Of a stretch of 64,000 nt of DNA, positions 1 through 12,584 are shown in pieces. The first letter of the stretch is position 1; each line of letters begins with the position of its first letter. A program made the translations under genes and the position numbers. The notes beneath the pieces are model-generated. The model worked only from the letters and a program-made list of their open reading frames with translations, searched no databases and was not told the origin of the DNA. Source of the DNA: Eimeria praecox (Eukaryota); contig OY986949.1 of assembly GCA_963920595.1 (NCBI GenBank), positions 1,984,001-2,048,000 on the forward strand, in the 5' to 3' direction.

Positions 1-54
1 TGCCTCACTGCCTGGAACTGATGGAAACAAATACTGTTATGCGCTACAACGCAC

Positions 55-1533
55 CTTGCTGCAGCTAGTGTTGCAGGACAGCCCGGCGTGCACGCTGGCT
101 GTGCGTGCAGGCACAGCCAATTCTGAATGCGTCAGTACTGTAAAATGGAGTTGAAACACTTGCTTGATCCTCCATGGTGAGCCTGCGAGCAAATAGGGGT
201 AAAGGAACTAGCATCGCACGCATTATGTTGCATCGGCCCCTTCCTCCTGCATGGGAGGTCCTCGTATGCTGATAGCCCATAACATGGAAGCTTCATAGAA
301 AGAAGCTTCCTGCTGCACTTGTTTGTGCGGTATGGGATGTTGGCGGGACCTCCTGGAAGCCTTCAGAGTTGATTACCTTTCCGATGAGTGTCTGTATCCA
401 GGCAGTAGCCGCCGCCTGTTTCGCGAAGTTGTAGAAGGCAGCATATTGCCCTTTCTCGTCTATTATACCCAGCTGACCTGCCGTGTCTCCAAACAGCTAT
501 AGAGTGGGTCGCCCCAGCAGCGAGCTAGTTCTTCACAGAGGCGTTTGTACACCGATACACTCCGGCATTCTCTCTATCTCACGGTGTTGCAAAACGAACT
601 GTCTTGGCGCCTATCAATATTCCATTGGCCTTTTTCGGTTGTGTTGTTTTCAGACCTCACGGTTTCGTAGTGGTCAGTCCCATTGCCCTTGCATATAAGG
701 TGGCCTTATATAACCCCACAGTACAGGTCAGCGCATTCCCTCAGAAAAAGTACCGTCCAGTGCTTTGTTTTCGGTATTCAGGTTCATGCTCTTTACGCAG
801 ATGCTGCCTCTGCCGCTTTTACTTAGTTGCTGGTGCCTCGCTAGATCCACCGCATCGTACAGGGCAACCTCCGAATCTGCGTGCAGCTGAAGTCTTGAAG
901 AGGCCCCGCTGCACCAGGAAATGCGTCGGGTCAGGGCTTGCAGGAAGCACGTCTCCGTGAGCACCTACGGCTGCGAAGGCTGGTGGTAGCGTGCCCTTAA
1001 TCTTCGTCCAGGACCGTCATGAGCGGCAATAGAGTGGAAGTGTTAAAGAAAGAATTCACAAAAAGCAGCTAATCTCCCTTCCCCGCCCCTTTCCTAGTGT
1101 CCTTGACACAGCGGCGCCAGGGCTTGGAGTTAATGGGGATAGGGGTAGCCTTCCATGGGCTGCAGCACACCTTGCTGCAACTAGTACTGAGGACATCCCC
1201 ACTTGCATGCACAACTAATCACATTGCTGCATGCGCTAACATTGTAGACTGCAGTGCAGGCAATCCTTAAACACCTGCCTGGCCTTCCATAGTCAGCTTG
1301 CCACTGTGTAGAGATACAATCTCCAGCATCATACAGGCCATGCTAAACTGCTGCTGCACCTTTAGTTGCTCTTGCTGCAGTAGTTGCTGTTGCAACTGTG
1401 GGTGCGCCTCCTGCACAAACAGCTGTTGCTCCATTTCCGGTGACTGTGCTGACAGATTCTGCTGGGGGAGCATACAGCTCTGGTCTATGTACTGGGGATG
1501 CTGTCACTGCGGGATATTGCTGTCAGATATCCG
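55..1533 (-). pseudogene. Decayed multi-exon gene, possibly BTB/BACK-domain
   Basis: Minus-strand segments are bounded by plausible splice sites but interrupted by stops. The segment at ~964-715 reads VLTETCFLQAL...LHADSEVALYDAVDLARHQ...GMR*PVL, which resembles the BACK pattern (V..S..FL.L...L.V.SE..VF.AV..W..H...VRFPLL). A Q-rich segment lies at 1267-1473. Confidence 0.25.
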
Positions 1534-2612
1534 CTGGGGAAAAATCAGTATAGACCCAAAGACAAAAAAAGGTTCCAAGCGCAAGAAATGCAGAGCCGAG
1601 ACAAAACACACAAAGGCCACGGAGCAAAACCACGCTTTAAAACCCCATTTGCCCCCACGGTCTTCTGTCGTCGCTATCTTGCCAGGTGCATGTGCAGCTG
1701 GGCGAGGAAGCGGCAGCAGCGTTGAGGCCCCGGACCTCCAAACTTAGCAGGCCGCACTGTAGAAATTAAGCCAGATGAACAGCTGCTGAATCAGCCTGTG
1801 CTGCTCCCGAGGAAGCTGCTGTTACTGATGGAAGCTAATATAATGCGCAGTGGCAGTATGGAAGCTACGCGGCGACAAGGGAGGTAGAAGTTACACGTAT
1901 AACTCAGCACTGGTTTGTGGCTACTCTTTCTGAGGCGATTGCCGTCGCTGCTGATATGGTGGTTGCTGCTGTTGATGTCGCATTCTCCCCTGCAGCCTAG
2001 CCCGCCTGCCGGTGCTGATGATGGTGGTATCTATCCCCGCCATGGTTAGGGGAGAGCAACAACCAAAGGCAGAAGGCTTGCCGCTGTACGCTCTGCAACA
2101 AAGTAGGGGCGCTCCGTTTAAACGCGGAGTTCGGGGAGTTCCGTCCCGGCTACAGGCTTGTCGGTGTCAGAGGCTGGCTGCCGAGCCCCAATGGGTGAGG
2201 GCCAGCCCCAAGTAAGATAATTAGTTGCATGGTTGGCTGCCGCACTCAGCTCGCTGCAAGCAAAAGGGGAGGAGTGCACATTACAGCAAAGATATTTGGC
2301 ACCTGAAAACGCAAATAAAGACCAATACGAGAGGTTCTTGTCCGTCACCCAGGGATGACTGCCAAGTCAATGGCCTAGTAGTAAGCAGTATCTTGTAAAT
2401 CAATCTCACCGTTGCTGCCGCGAGCTTTAAAGTGCCCGCAAAGGTTCGGAGGGTTCGCTTCTTTCAAGTTGTCCCTGGAAACACTCTCTGGTTTGCGGTG
2501 TTCTGGATATTTGTCGTAATAGCCTCAGTTCTTATGGACTCTGCGAGTGGTTAGGCCTGCATCCAAGATCTCAGATCTCCACGATCACGAGGAGGTTGCT
2601 GCACCTCTTACT

Positions 2613-2700
2613 GCAGCCGTATACCATGCGTCACCTCCCGTCCCTTTTTTTCGCTAACACGGGGCTGTTCCCAAACTTGCTAGATGGCTTTGGGGGGACG
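2613..2700 (-). mobile_element. Ty3/Gypsy reverse transcriptase N-terminal fragment (dead)
   Basis: Reads PSSKFGNSPVLAKKRDGR*RMVYG, resembling the RT motif PS.SPW.SPVVLV.KKDG.WRMCVDYR, with the Trp codon turned to TGA. Confidence 0.45.
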
Positions 2701-3553
2701 CTCTTACCTAGGAACAAAAGGTAAGGCTGCTCCAGGAAAAAGTTTGATACAGCAAGTTGTGCGTACTGCTGCCGCTGCTTAAGAGTCTCCTCGCCCCTTT
2801 CTTTTCGGGACATTGATTTCGTTCATCCTACAGTAGAGGGCATAAATGCTGTTCTGAGCGATTGGACGCTCACTCTCTCATCGGTTCCGGGCCATATACC
2901 TCAATTTTGTTGACCGGAGGCCGCATGAGCCCTGCACTTAGTCACCGACGCCGTGCCTAGGATTATGTCGCGGCAAACTAGTCCTTCATAGGGGACCCGT
3001 GCCGTAGCAACATGACCCACTTTTGAGTGGAAGCTGCATTTTAATCCCACAGTGCCCTGTCTGCAGCCACCACATACACATATATTAGATAGACTCTGAG
3101 GGTGCATTGGTCATACCTGGATAGTCGGGAGGGGAAGAGGCATTCTTCATGAACTGCTCATTGCAGCAATGCTCTTTCCACCGCTTGCGATGGGGAAATT
3201 AAGCTTGTTTCTGCTCAGCGAATCTACCGGTCTTGGATCGCTTCCCTACACGAAGGCAGATAGCGACAAACCTCCACCATGCAAGAGGAAAGGCTGGGAT
3301 TTTGATGAGGATCTTCAGCGAGCAGGCGATACCTCGCCGTATAGAAAACCCGACGGCGAAGGTACCAGACCGGCCACACGGGAGTAGAGAACCATCACCA
3401 GTTGTGGCACTTCTCCCAGCCGGAGGTTATAGACCTGCAGCTGGACAGTTCCTTACAATGGAGCATTTGACGACCATGATTTAGGTAATCACCCTGTACC
3501 AATCCCGATCAGACTTTGCCCCACCTCCCATGCGTCACAAAGTGAGAAGCATT

Positions 3554-5525
3554 ATGCAAGCTTTTCTGGTGCATATCGAGCAGGGATTCACCAGAGTGGG
3601 ATTGGTGAGGACGCAGTGGGAAACTAAGCTTCTCAGCTACCTTGCAGACCCTGCATTAATGTGCTGGGCATAAGTACAGAAGACTACAGACCTAAGAAAT
3701 TAGGAGTTGGTCAAGCAACGGATGCGTAGGCAGTACTGCAGGGAAATGACGAAGCGTCAACTGATGATGGAGCTGGCTAAGGTACGGTGGCTGGCAACCA
3801 CACCGAGCATGCGGAAAAGTTTGCAGCTGTACTAGAGCGAGGGGTAGCGGTCAGCTCTTAGGAAATTGCAGCACTTTGTTGGGCAGTGCTACCAGCTGAC
3901 ATTCATATAGCTATAATAAATGGCGGAAAGCGCGGTACGGTTCATGAGAATCAGCTGCAACAGCAGTAGTGAACTATTATGAGCCCAAGATGACGGTAAT
4001 AGAGGCTCGAGAGAGAGAATCCAGTGCAATCAGGGCTGCGGGGGTGGCGAGCGGCGGTAAGCGGGGCCGGCAAAGTGAGGTTAGTTCTGGGGGAAGACGC
4101 ATGAACTGGTATGAATGTGGTATGAGTGTAAAGGCCGGGGGCATCAGGCGCGGGCGTTCCCTAGTAGAGAGGAGCAAGCTAAGCGGTTGGGGCAAACGCT
4201 CCAGAGATGTGGATGATTAGGGCACCGCGCTAGGGATAGCCCAACACCTGGCTACTAGTGCATCCCAAACGAGGGGAGCACTAGACAGTAATCCACGCCT
4301 TCAACTGTTGGTCACTGCTCTGGGTGAGTGATCCCACTTGCCGCGAGTTGCTAAAGCTACGATATATACAGGCCATCAAGTTCATACCCATTTACAGCAT
4401 CCTAAAGTGTCGAAGCCTTTCCGCTAACGCACTGCTGGGTGGATTGATTTCCTTGCCGAATTCCCCGACCTCACGATCACCTACTTGGAGGGTGCGCGAA
4501 ACCTGGTGGCTGGCGCTCTGTCACGACTCCCCTGCTACCCTTCCTCACGCCACTCAAATCTGCTCACGGCACCTGTGAACCCCGCAGAAGATTTATTAGC
4601 ACCACTTATGCTAGCAACCGACTGCGCAGATCAGGCTCATAACACCACGGAAAGGCAGGGAAAGTATCAGGAGCCGGCTGACAATCGCTCGCGCACACGT
4701 AGGCAACGTCGGCAAAACCCCCCACTACAACTACGACACCAGCGAACCAATCCAACCTGCTGCCGACCCAACTACAGTTGTGCCGTGTGCAAGAGAAGAG
4801 CGCAGGAGGACCGGACCAGAAACTGCGATAAACGACCTTCAGGAGTTCCTTCACCCGGCACAACTTGGTTCTACTGGACTCGCACAGCGTCCGAAGCAAG
4901 CAAGAGAGCAAGCAGCTTAAGACGTTCGCTATGCGTTGGATAGGGTATGTTGCTGTTCATTGCCGGGTTGGCGCGCTAGCCGGCACAGCAGAGGTGCCCT
5001 CAACGTGGAGATCCCATTATATTACCAGTGCTGGGGTCCCCCAGACCAGCACTGATTCAGGGATCACGGAGAATTCCAGTAACGCGCAGCAGCGTCCCTG
5101 CGAGAAGGAGCACTTTGCCGGGACTGAAAAACTTGAGACAAATGTAATGACTCGCTGGGGCCAGAAGATGCCTAAATATGAATGTATTTACGTTGAATAG
5201 CCCGGAGACAGACAAGCTGAGTAGGTTTCTGAGGATCGGTTGAGTGCAACAGTTCCTCAACTGCACCTAAGGGCCGACCTGCATTCAGCAGAAACTTCAG
5301 CGAACAAGTGCAGCGTTGCTTATATCTGCGTTTAATCTTACATTTTTGTGACTGTTGCAGAATAGAGTGTGAATGTGCGCCCATATTAGCCTGTATAAGT
5401 TTTCTTCTGCTCTATTTTTTCCGTGAGGATCATGATGATAATGTACGCCCCTTCCTCTCTATGCGGTTAACCCGGCTGCGCCATCACGTAGGCTTTTAAG
5501 CTTTTTTTACTTGGGGAGGGGGCTG
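3554..5525 (+). mobile_element. Internally deleted, degenerate chromovirus-type (Ty3/Gypsy) LTR retrotransposon remnant
   Basis: Colinear fragments: gag capsid-like FLVHIEQGFTRVGL..QWETKLLSYLADPALMCW..DLRN*ELVKQRMRRQY (3554-3790); two decayed CCHC knuckles, WYECKGRGHQARAFP and LQRCG*LGHRARDSP (4118-4243); RNase H tail TIYTGHQ..TAGWIDFLAEFPDLTITYLEGARNLVAGALSR (4359-4530); integrase GPY/F-like region VLLDSH..FAMRWIGYVAVHCRVG..EVPSTWRSH (4865-5015); chromodomain-like YECIYVE*PGDRQAE*VSEDRL (~5130-5270); polypurine tract GGGGAGGGGG (5513-5522) followed by cTG. Confidence 0.85.
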
Positions 5526-7976
5526 ACTCGGGGATTGACAGTTAGACTGAAATACCCGTATACCCTTAGAAAGTACTGGGGTCCCCGAATGCCCAATGAA
5601 ATCTGTGTAAAGCGGGTTTGCTCAAGAGAATCGAGCAACAAGCAGAAGCTTTTGTGTGGCGTGGTATTCATCCCCGAGGCCAGTTCGAGCAGAGACCACT
5701 CTCATGAACAGCGGCAGACGGGCTAAGCAGCTACAGCAACAACAGCACTAACACCAACAGCACCCAGCCGTGGCAGCAGTACCACTATGACTGGCCGCAG
5801 CCCAGTGCTAGAGGGTGTATAGAACTTTCACCCGCTCGTTGCCGAGTTGCTTCCCCACAGCCGCTGCCTAATTGCTGCCTCTCATAAGTAACAGCAGCTT
5901 TCTCGGCATCAGCAGGCAATGACTCAGAGACAGTTCATGAAATGTAATTGACCTACTGCTGTCTGCTCAGCATACGGATCCGGTGCTTTTACGGTGCTGT
6001 CACTACCCCGCCCAGCTGCCTGTACACCTGAAGGAACATCAGCGGCACAAGACTGTAGGGGCTAAGGGAAGGCCTGCAGGAGGGTTTCGCTCTATGCCGT
6101 TTGTTTGCTTATTTTTCGTTTGTGCATTTGCTTCGCTAGGAGGATCTATACTTATGCAGGTCTCTCAGTCAGTGCAAAGCTAGCTCCCAAAGCGCAGTGA
6201 TAACACCATCGGAGATCAGAATTGCATGCTTCCCCGCAGACTTTGCCAGTGCAATCACAGCAAGGGGGGCGGCTGTTGCCTACGTAGCCCCGGCAAGTGC
6301 CGCTGAGGAGACTGGCGTACATTACAGAGGCAGATGCACTTGCAGGAGCAGCTACTGCTGCTGCAGGAACTGGAGATGCAGCAGCAGGAACTGAAGGTGC
6401 CGCAGAAGGTTGCTCAATTACGCACGCTGCTTGTGATCTTTCACCCCACGAACGCGTCGCCTTTCCTGTACACTGGGGAACTCCACACATAGGCGACGAA
6501 GGCGATGCTGTTTGAAGTGCTTACCTCTGTCACGCCCGTCAAAACCGTTCCTATCCTGAGCGACCGCGTAACCTGCAGGAGTCTGGGATGTGTTTACTTG
6601 AGCTGTTAGACGGTGCGCGACACGGATCGTTCTCTTACGGTCTTATACTACACACTGATCCGGTGAGAGCCCTGCATGATTGAGGAGCCAACGGGCCCTT
6701 AGGCTGAACATGAGCGGCAGCGGAGTCTTCGTGGAGGAGTTGGAGAGGAGTATAGAGAACGAATGGTTGTAGGACGCCTACTCTGTCTTCGGGAATACTT
6801 TAGCTGCAGGGTGGGGCTGCATGGGATCTCTCCACGACGAAACAGAGGCTTTTACAAGTAACGAAATCAAGAAGGCATGCTACTGGGAGGCGAAACAGGT
6901 GCTGTGGGCCATTTTGTAAAACGATTAAATAGGGAAAACGTCGGCGTACATAGGTTTACAAACGTTCACTCAAGGAGCTGAACGCTGCTGTGGCGAGCCG
7001 GAAGCCTTGTGCCCCACCGTAGAGCCTTTTGGAGAGAACATGAGTTTGCTGTTTAAACAAGACCCGGACGCTCAGTAGTCTGCCTTCGAAAGCTTAGCGG
7101 AACCGGCAACTGCTACGGCCTGGGTACCGACACTCAACGGTAAAGTAAGCCCCGATGGCACCAAGCTGCCCCCTACACTCGGCCCCCCCTGCCGCAGCAA
7201 CGAGTGGGGCAAGAAGCCCCTCGCAGTGCACCTTTCCTCTGACGGGCAATCAACACAGGAAGACGTACGACCCATAGGAAACGCGGGGACAGCTGCAGCA
7301 TGCTCTCCATACTCGCACCTGCATCACTACTTACTTGGTAACTTACTATAGAGGGCCATGCAGGCGCTCCAGCACTGCTCACACTACAATCTACAATGCT
7401 AATGCATTTGTCAAAGAGGAGCTATCTTGGAATACACGCTGGTCTCCCTTGCAGGACTAGCGGCAGCAACGTGCAACGTGCCTTGCAAACCGTGCCACGC
7501 CTATCCTTTTCCCCACCACCTAAAGGCCCTTATGGCGCTGTGCCCAGTTGGCCAAGAAGCTGAATGGGAGGTCGGTTGGATTTTGTGAAATGTTTCTTTA
7601 AGATTTTGACTCTACCACTGCTTGCAACGGTCCCGCGCCAAGATTGAGAAATCTCGCTACACGCTAGGACTGAAGAGCCGAGAAGCCTAAGCAGGGCGAC
7701 GTCCCAGAGTCAGAAGAAAACACCCACTGATTAAAGGATATTCTTCTTACAGATGCCATACGTTAGCAGAGACAACACAATCGCGCACAAGCGTTCACAA
7801 TGTCCAGCACCCAAATTTCATTGCAGATGGAGCCTACAACGAAAGCCCGAAAGCGACACCATTAACCACACGATACTGTGGCAAAACTGCACTGTGAAAA
7901 CTATTATTTAGTGCAAAAAGACAGATTTGTTGGCCTGATTATCGGAGTGGCCAGCCCCCAACAACAGACTGGTGGG

Positions 7977-7987
7977 GCATGCATGCA
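7977..7987. promoter_or_regulatory. GCATGCATGCA containing the apicomplexan TGCATGCA motif, ~150 nt upstream of the RPS3a ATG
   Basis: The motif is seen directly. TGCATG(CA) is a known coccidian/ApiAP2-type element, but it is abundant genome-wide, so function here is unproven. Confidence 0.35.
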
Positions 7988-8133
7988 CAGCAGCGCTGGC
8001 TTTGCCGGTGCGACACCCCACGACGGCTGTCGGGCTGGAAGGGATGTATGCTTGCTGGCTGACAACCTCTCGTTGTTAAACGCGGATTTTTATCGGGTCT
8101 CCCCTAATATTGTTCGCCTCAAGCTCAGCGAAG

Positions 8134-9475
8134 ATGGCAATTGGCAAGAACAAGCGCATGAGCAAGGGCAAGAAGGGAGGGAAGAAGAAAGTTGGGGACC
8201 CATTCCTGAAGAAGGAGTGGTATAATCTGAAGGCTCCCTCCCTCTTCCAGCAACGCAACTTCGGCAAGACTCTTGTTACCAAATCTGCTGGAACAAGTAC
8301 GGGTTGCACGTAAACTGATCTTGGCGCACTTAGCAGGCACCGATGAACTGGGCGGGAGGGGCCGTCAGCCCAGGGCCTAGGAAGGCATATGCCGCCTTCA
8401 GTCTTGCACTTTTGCAGACTAGCTTGCCAGTTCAGCTAGTGGTATATTGGCCTCTGAGATACTTCTACCGTCAACGGAAGGTTTTTCCTGATAATTTCAC
8501 CGCGCCCCGCCCCTCGTTGCCTCTAACGGGCACTGAGCTGTTGCCCGCAGGGGCATGTTATTAAGCGCTACTTCGCGCTTTAATTATCGTATTTGTGCTT
8601 TGGAGATGTTTTGCATGCAGAGCTAGCAGTGGACTCTCTCCGCGGACGGGTGTACGAAGTGAATCTGGCGGACCTCAACCTTGATGAAGATCAGGGTTTC
8701 AGAAAAATTAAGCTGCAGTGCGAAGAGATCCAGGGCCGCAGCTGTCTGACAGACTTCCACGGCATGAATATTACAAGAGACAAGCTTTGCTCTCTTATCA
8801 GGAAGTGGCACTCGCTCATCGAGGCTTTTGTAGATGTTCAGACGGTTGATGGATATACTTTGCGCATGTTCTGCATTGCGTTCACTGAACGACGGTAAGC
8901 GCTTATCACTGAAAACCAGCTGAGAATGTGGGAACTGTCGATTTAGTTGTACTGGTTTGCCAGGGGCCTTCTTCGTAATGCTGGGGAGTTTATTTGTGCT
9001 TGTAAGCGCAGACCAAATCAGATCAAGAGCACATGCTACGCGAGATCTTCCCAAATTCGGGCGATCCGCAAGAAGATGGTGAGCATCATGGCTGCTGAAG
9101 CATCCAAGTGCCAGCTTCGCGATCTGGTAAAGAAGTTTATCCCCGAATCGATCGGCAAGAGCATTGAGGCTGCATGCAAAAGTATCTTCCCTCTGCAGAA
9201 CGTGCTTATCAGAAAGGTGAAAGTCATCAAGAAGCCAAAGTTCGATCGTAAGTACAGTGATTCTGCATAGTTAGTCGCGTCATCTGCCTTCCAACGGAAT
9301 TTAAATACAGGCACGGACTTGGGCGGGCCAGCGGGCGCTTGAGGTGTTGTTGGGTTTTTTTGCAGTCACCAAGCTCATGGAGCTCCATGGCGAAGTTGGA
9401 GAGGATGTTGGGAAGGAGGTTGTAACAGAGTCTGCTGCAGCACAAAATACGTTGACTGCAGAAGTCAAGGCTTAG
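8134..9475 (+). CDS. RPS3A: 40S ribosomal protein S3a (eS1), 4 exons, 260 aa
   Basis: Exons 8134-8296, 8621-8894, 9012-9247, 9366-9475, all GT-AG and in frame. Reads [30 protein letters not shown]...[13 protein letters not shown]...[30 protein letters not shown]. Confidence 0.98.
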
Positions 9476-10702
9476 TTGTGCAGGAGGCGCTCTGCGCGCG
9501 TTGCCAGTGCCGTCTGTAGTCGCTTCCTCCTTGATAGTCGATAGCTTGCGACAGCCGCTTTCGAGGCGGTTGTAGGGCAGGTTTGCCCAACAGACTTAAC
9601 CACTGAAAACGTTTCTTACTGTTTCATATTTTCAGTAGATCGCCGTGCCCATCTTGCAACAGGAAATGCCCAGTTTACTTTGAGTTTAGATGCTTGCTGT
9701 TCAAACTTAAGCTAAACAGAGACGTCCAGACAGGTCCCAAACTTTTAGAGCAACAATTGTATAAAGACGTAATGCCCGAACTAATCCTAACTGGTTGGTA
9801 CGACACTTGAGCTGTCTAGAGTAGATGTCTGCGTGAGGCTAAGGGCTGTTTGCGCGCAACAGCCACTGGTTTCTGTTGGGGGGATATCTCAGAATGGGTG
9901 CTGAAGGGATAAGCGTGCGTGTGGATTCAAAAGGTGGACTTGCTCAGCATGTCCTGATTTACGTGTGAGCATGCGCGTTAAAGCAGCCGAATTGTTGTGT
10001 CTACTTAGAGTATACGTAGTGCTTTGCTAATACTGTGGAGAGGATTTTGATTGTTCGAGTATGCTGTAATGCCAGTTTGGCCGTCCGTACTGACTGGCAA
10101 GCGGTTTCGCCTTTACAAGGTGTGCTTACTTGGATATTCTTGGACTTAATGAACTACACTTTGCATGAGGTGTGCAGCCGCCTGGAAGCCAATGCAATTA
10201 GGCTTGCTCACGAGCTGCAAGGGAGCAGCTGAAATTTTAGCGCGATATGCAGGACCTTAGTGAGCATGGGGTTCTTAATCACATGTACGGCATCACATAG
10301 GTGGCAGATGCTCAAGCTGGTGTCATAGCAAGAATGTATGCTAGCCACAGGATTGGTTTACGCTTTCTCTTTGGCAGGGGGAGTAGATCTCTTGCATGGC
10401 TACACTCCCTATGAATGATGATTACCCTTCTGTCGCTTATGTGCGGAAAACAGCTGAAAAGCTGTAAATCACTTTCTGCTAGGCTACGATTCAGACGGCG
10501 TAGGCCTTTCAAGACGGCTTCGCAAGTGGGGTTGCTGAAGCTCCGGTAGATTCGTGCAAGTGCCCCCCAGCTTGCTGGGCCTCCGACACTGCTAGTACAC
10601 ACCAGCAGCTGTGCATGCACTGCCCCGGTTCTGTGCATTATAGTAACCACGCATAACATAAATACAGCCTGCACCCACTCTCAGTTGAATTAGATGGGCG
10701 CA

Positions 10703-10739
10703 CCGAAGGTAGGGCTGAAGCTAGCTTCAGTAGCTTCGG
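10703..10739. repeat. Imperfect palindrome/hairpin with a perfect 16-bp core CTGAAGCTAGCTTCAG
   Basis: Core at 10715-10730. Outer arms CCGAAGGTA and TAGCTTCGG are 8/9 complementary. Confidence 0.6.
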
Positions 10740-11522
10740 CTGGTATGGTGTACAAGGACGCGTACATTTCCTTCGCACTGTAACCGTACCATACGGGGCA
10801 CTCAAATTCTCAACAACTGATGTGGCAGCCTGCTATCGCGTGTCCGTTCTTCCTGCGGAATCTCCCCTGCTCCAAGGGCCAGGTGGCTGTTTGCCGCTGA
10901 CTTGTCGTCTATTAAGCAACAAGATCACACTGTGCTTCTCCATGCCCTCTAATCTACGGCTATGCTGATCTGCAGAGGGACTCGATCTGGTGAAGCGCAC
11001 CAGCTGCCTATCAAGAGGCTAAAGCTGGAGTGGTGTAGATAGTGGCCCCCTAAATCCTGGCGAGTGTGCAGTGTAGGCGTCATCAGCAGTTAGATTGTCT
11101 CGCTATTCATGCAAACCGCAGTTCGTCTGTGACTTAATCAGAGTGAACGAGTTAATGATCAGGTCTTTATCCTCGAGGTAGCTTGGATGCGCGTCCTGGT
11201 GCACAAGGTATGCTGGTCGACTAACACCTTGATTGGCCACGAGGAGCATGCTCCGCCTTATGAACACACTCTAGACTGTACTGCAAACAGTAACATATGA
11301 GTTTACACTAGGTGAAAGGGCAGGGAACAGAGGACAAAGCAATCGAGAAGGGGCCTCCTTCCTTTCTGACGATCCGCGTTGTCTGCGACGAGGAAGTTAA
11401 CTGTTCGATGCTGCGTCTTTTTCGTGCTTTGTTCCTCTGAGGAAAGCATAACTGTGTGTGTTTTGAGTTTCTAGATGACCCGATCCCAAATGAATGAACT
11501 GGTGACGATGCCTCGCTTAGGT

Positions 11523-11561
11523 CCCCCCTCTCCCCCGCCCTCCCCGCTGCCCTCCCTCCCC
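11523..11561 (-). promoter_or_regulatory. Seven C-runs (G-quadruplex-competent on the minus strand), ~1 kb upstream of the MORC ATG
   Basis: CCCCCCtctCCCCCgCCCtCCCCgctgCCCtCCCtCCCC is seen directly; a regulatory role is inferred. Confidence 0.4.
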
Positions 11562-12584
11562 TCGCTACTGGCCGTGCGCCCGCCAATGGCAACTCATTGG
11601 CTCACCGTCCTTTACATGCGGGTTGTAGTTTGCCGTTTTTTCTTAACACTTACTGTAGGCCTTTTTTGCTTGCGGAACAGGACGCTTGCCACTAGAAAGG
11701 CAATTTCGTTCTGCAGCAGCCCGCTTGCAGCCAGCCTGCTCCGTTACTTCGCTTCCTCCTGGCTTTGTCGGCCACAGGCTCTACCCCCAATCATTTGTAC
11801 TTTGCCATGCTATAAAAACTTGCCAAGGGCATATATCATGGAGGACCATTGCACCTTTCTACCCAACTGGCGAGACACCGCAGCGCAGCCGGCAGCATGC
11901 ACATAGTAGGGAGGCTTACGCACTGTTGCGCCCAACGTCTGGCAACCCCACGCTGTCCTTGAATCTCTGTTTGCTGTAATATATTTCAGCAACCCTGTCA
12001 TCTCACTCCCTGAAAGCTGCTTCAAGTCAGCCTAGCAGCCTTCCTCTTCCGGGCCTCTCTGCCTCCACGCAAGCTTGGATCAGGTGCCCTCTTAACGGCT
12101 TAGAGGCACGCTGTGTTCAGGGAACACATCAACGGTGTATAATTTGATTAGCGTCACGCTATCGGCGTGCATATCGGGGTGTGCTCAAGGCCGCTCAACC
12201 CGAGCCAGGAGTTGGAGGTCCGGACCGGAAGCAGCTAGAAGAATTTCATGAGACCTGTGTATGGAGTGACCGAGTGAAGCATCACTGAAGTCGCTTGCAG
12301 TTGCATGGGTAGCGCCTCGTGCCACCATGCCGACTGCAGGTGCCAGCTCGTGACCTTTCTTGTTGGTCTCTTGAAGACTCTTCATAGGCGTTCTTTCCTC
12401 TCCCTCACCTGTGCTGCTTCCTGTTCTCCCCCGCTCCAGATCGTTGCGGCATCCCTTCCTCTTTTGACGTTGCGTAATTCGCTTGCGGTCTTCGCCGTAA
12501 GGGGTTCCTCGTCCATGCGGGTTCAGCTCCTCAACGCGCATCTCCTCAGCTAAGCAGCGAAACCTGTCTCTGGCAAGAGCTAAC

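Noticed and set aside
604..960. Eimeria SAG-like words (VALYNP on the plus strand, CVKSMN on the minus strand)
   Set aside because: The motifs are on opposite strands, with no signal peptide or GPI signal and no SAG cysteine spacing.
2613..5270. Several Trp codons turned to TAG/TGA in the retroelement fragments, suggesting RIP-like targeted mutation
   Set aside because: There are too few sites, and Trp-to-stop changes are the easiest to notice. A consensus-based mutation spectrum is needed.
8297..8620. Possible snoRNA in RPS3a intron 1
   Set aside because: There is no canonical box C, only an 8-bp inverted repeat (TGAACTGG/CCAGTTCA).
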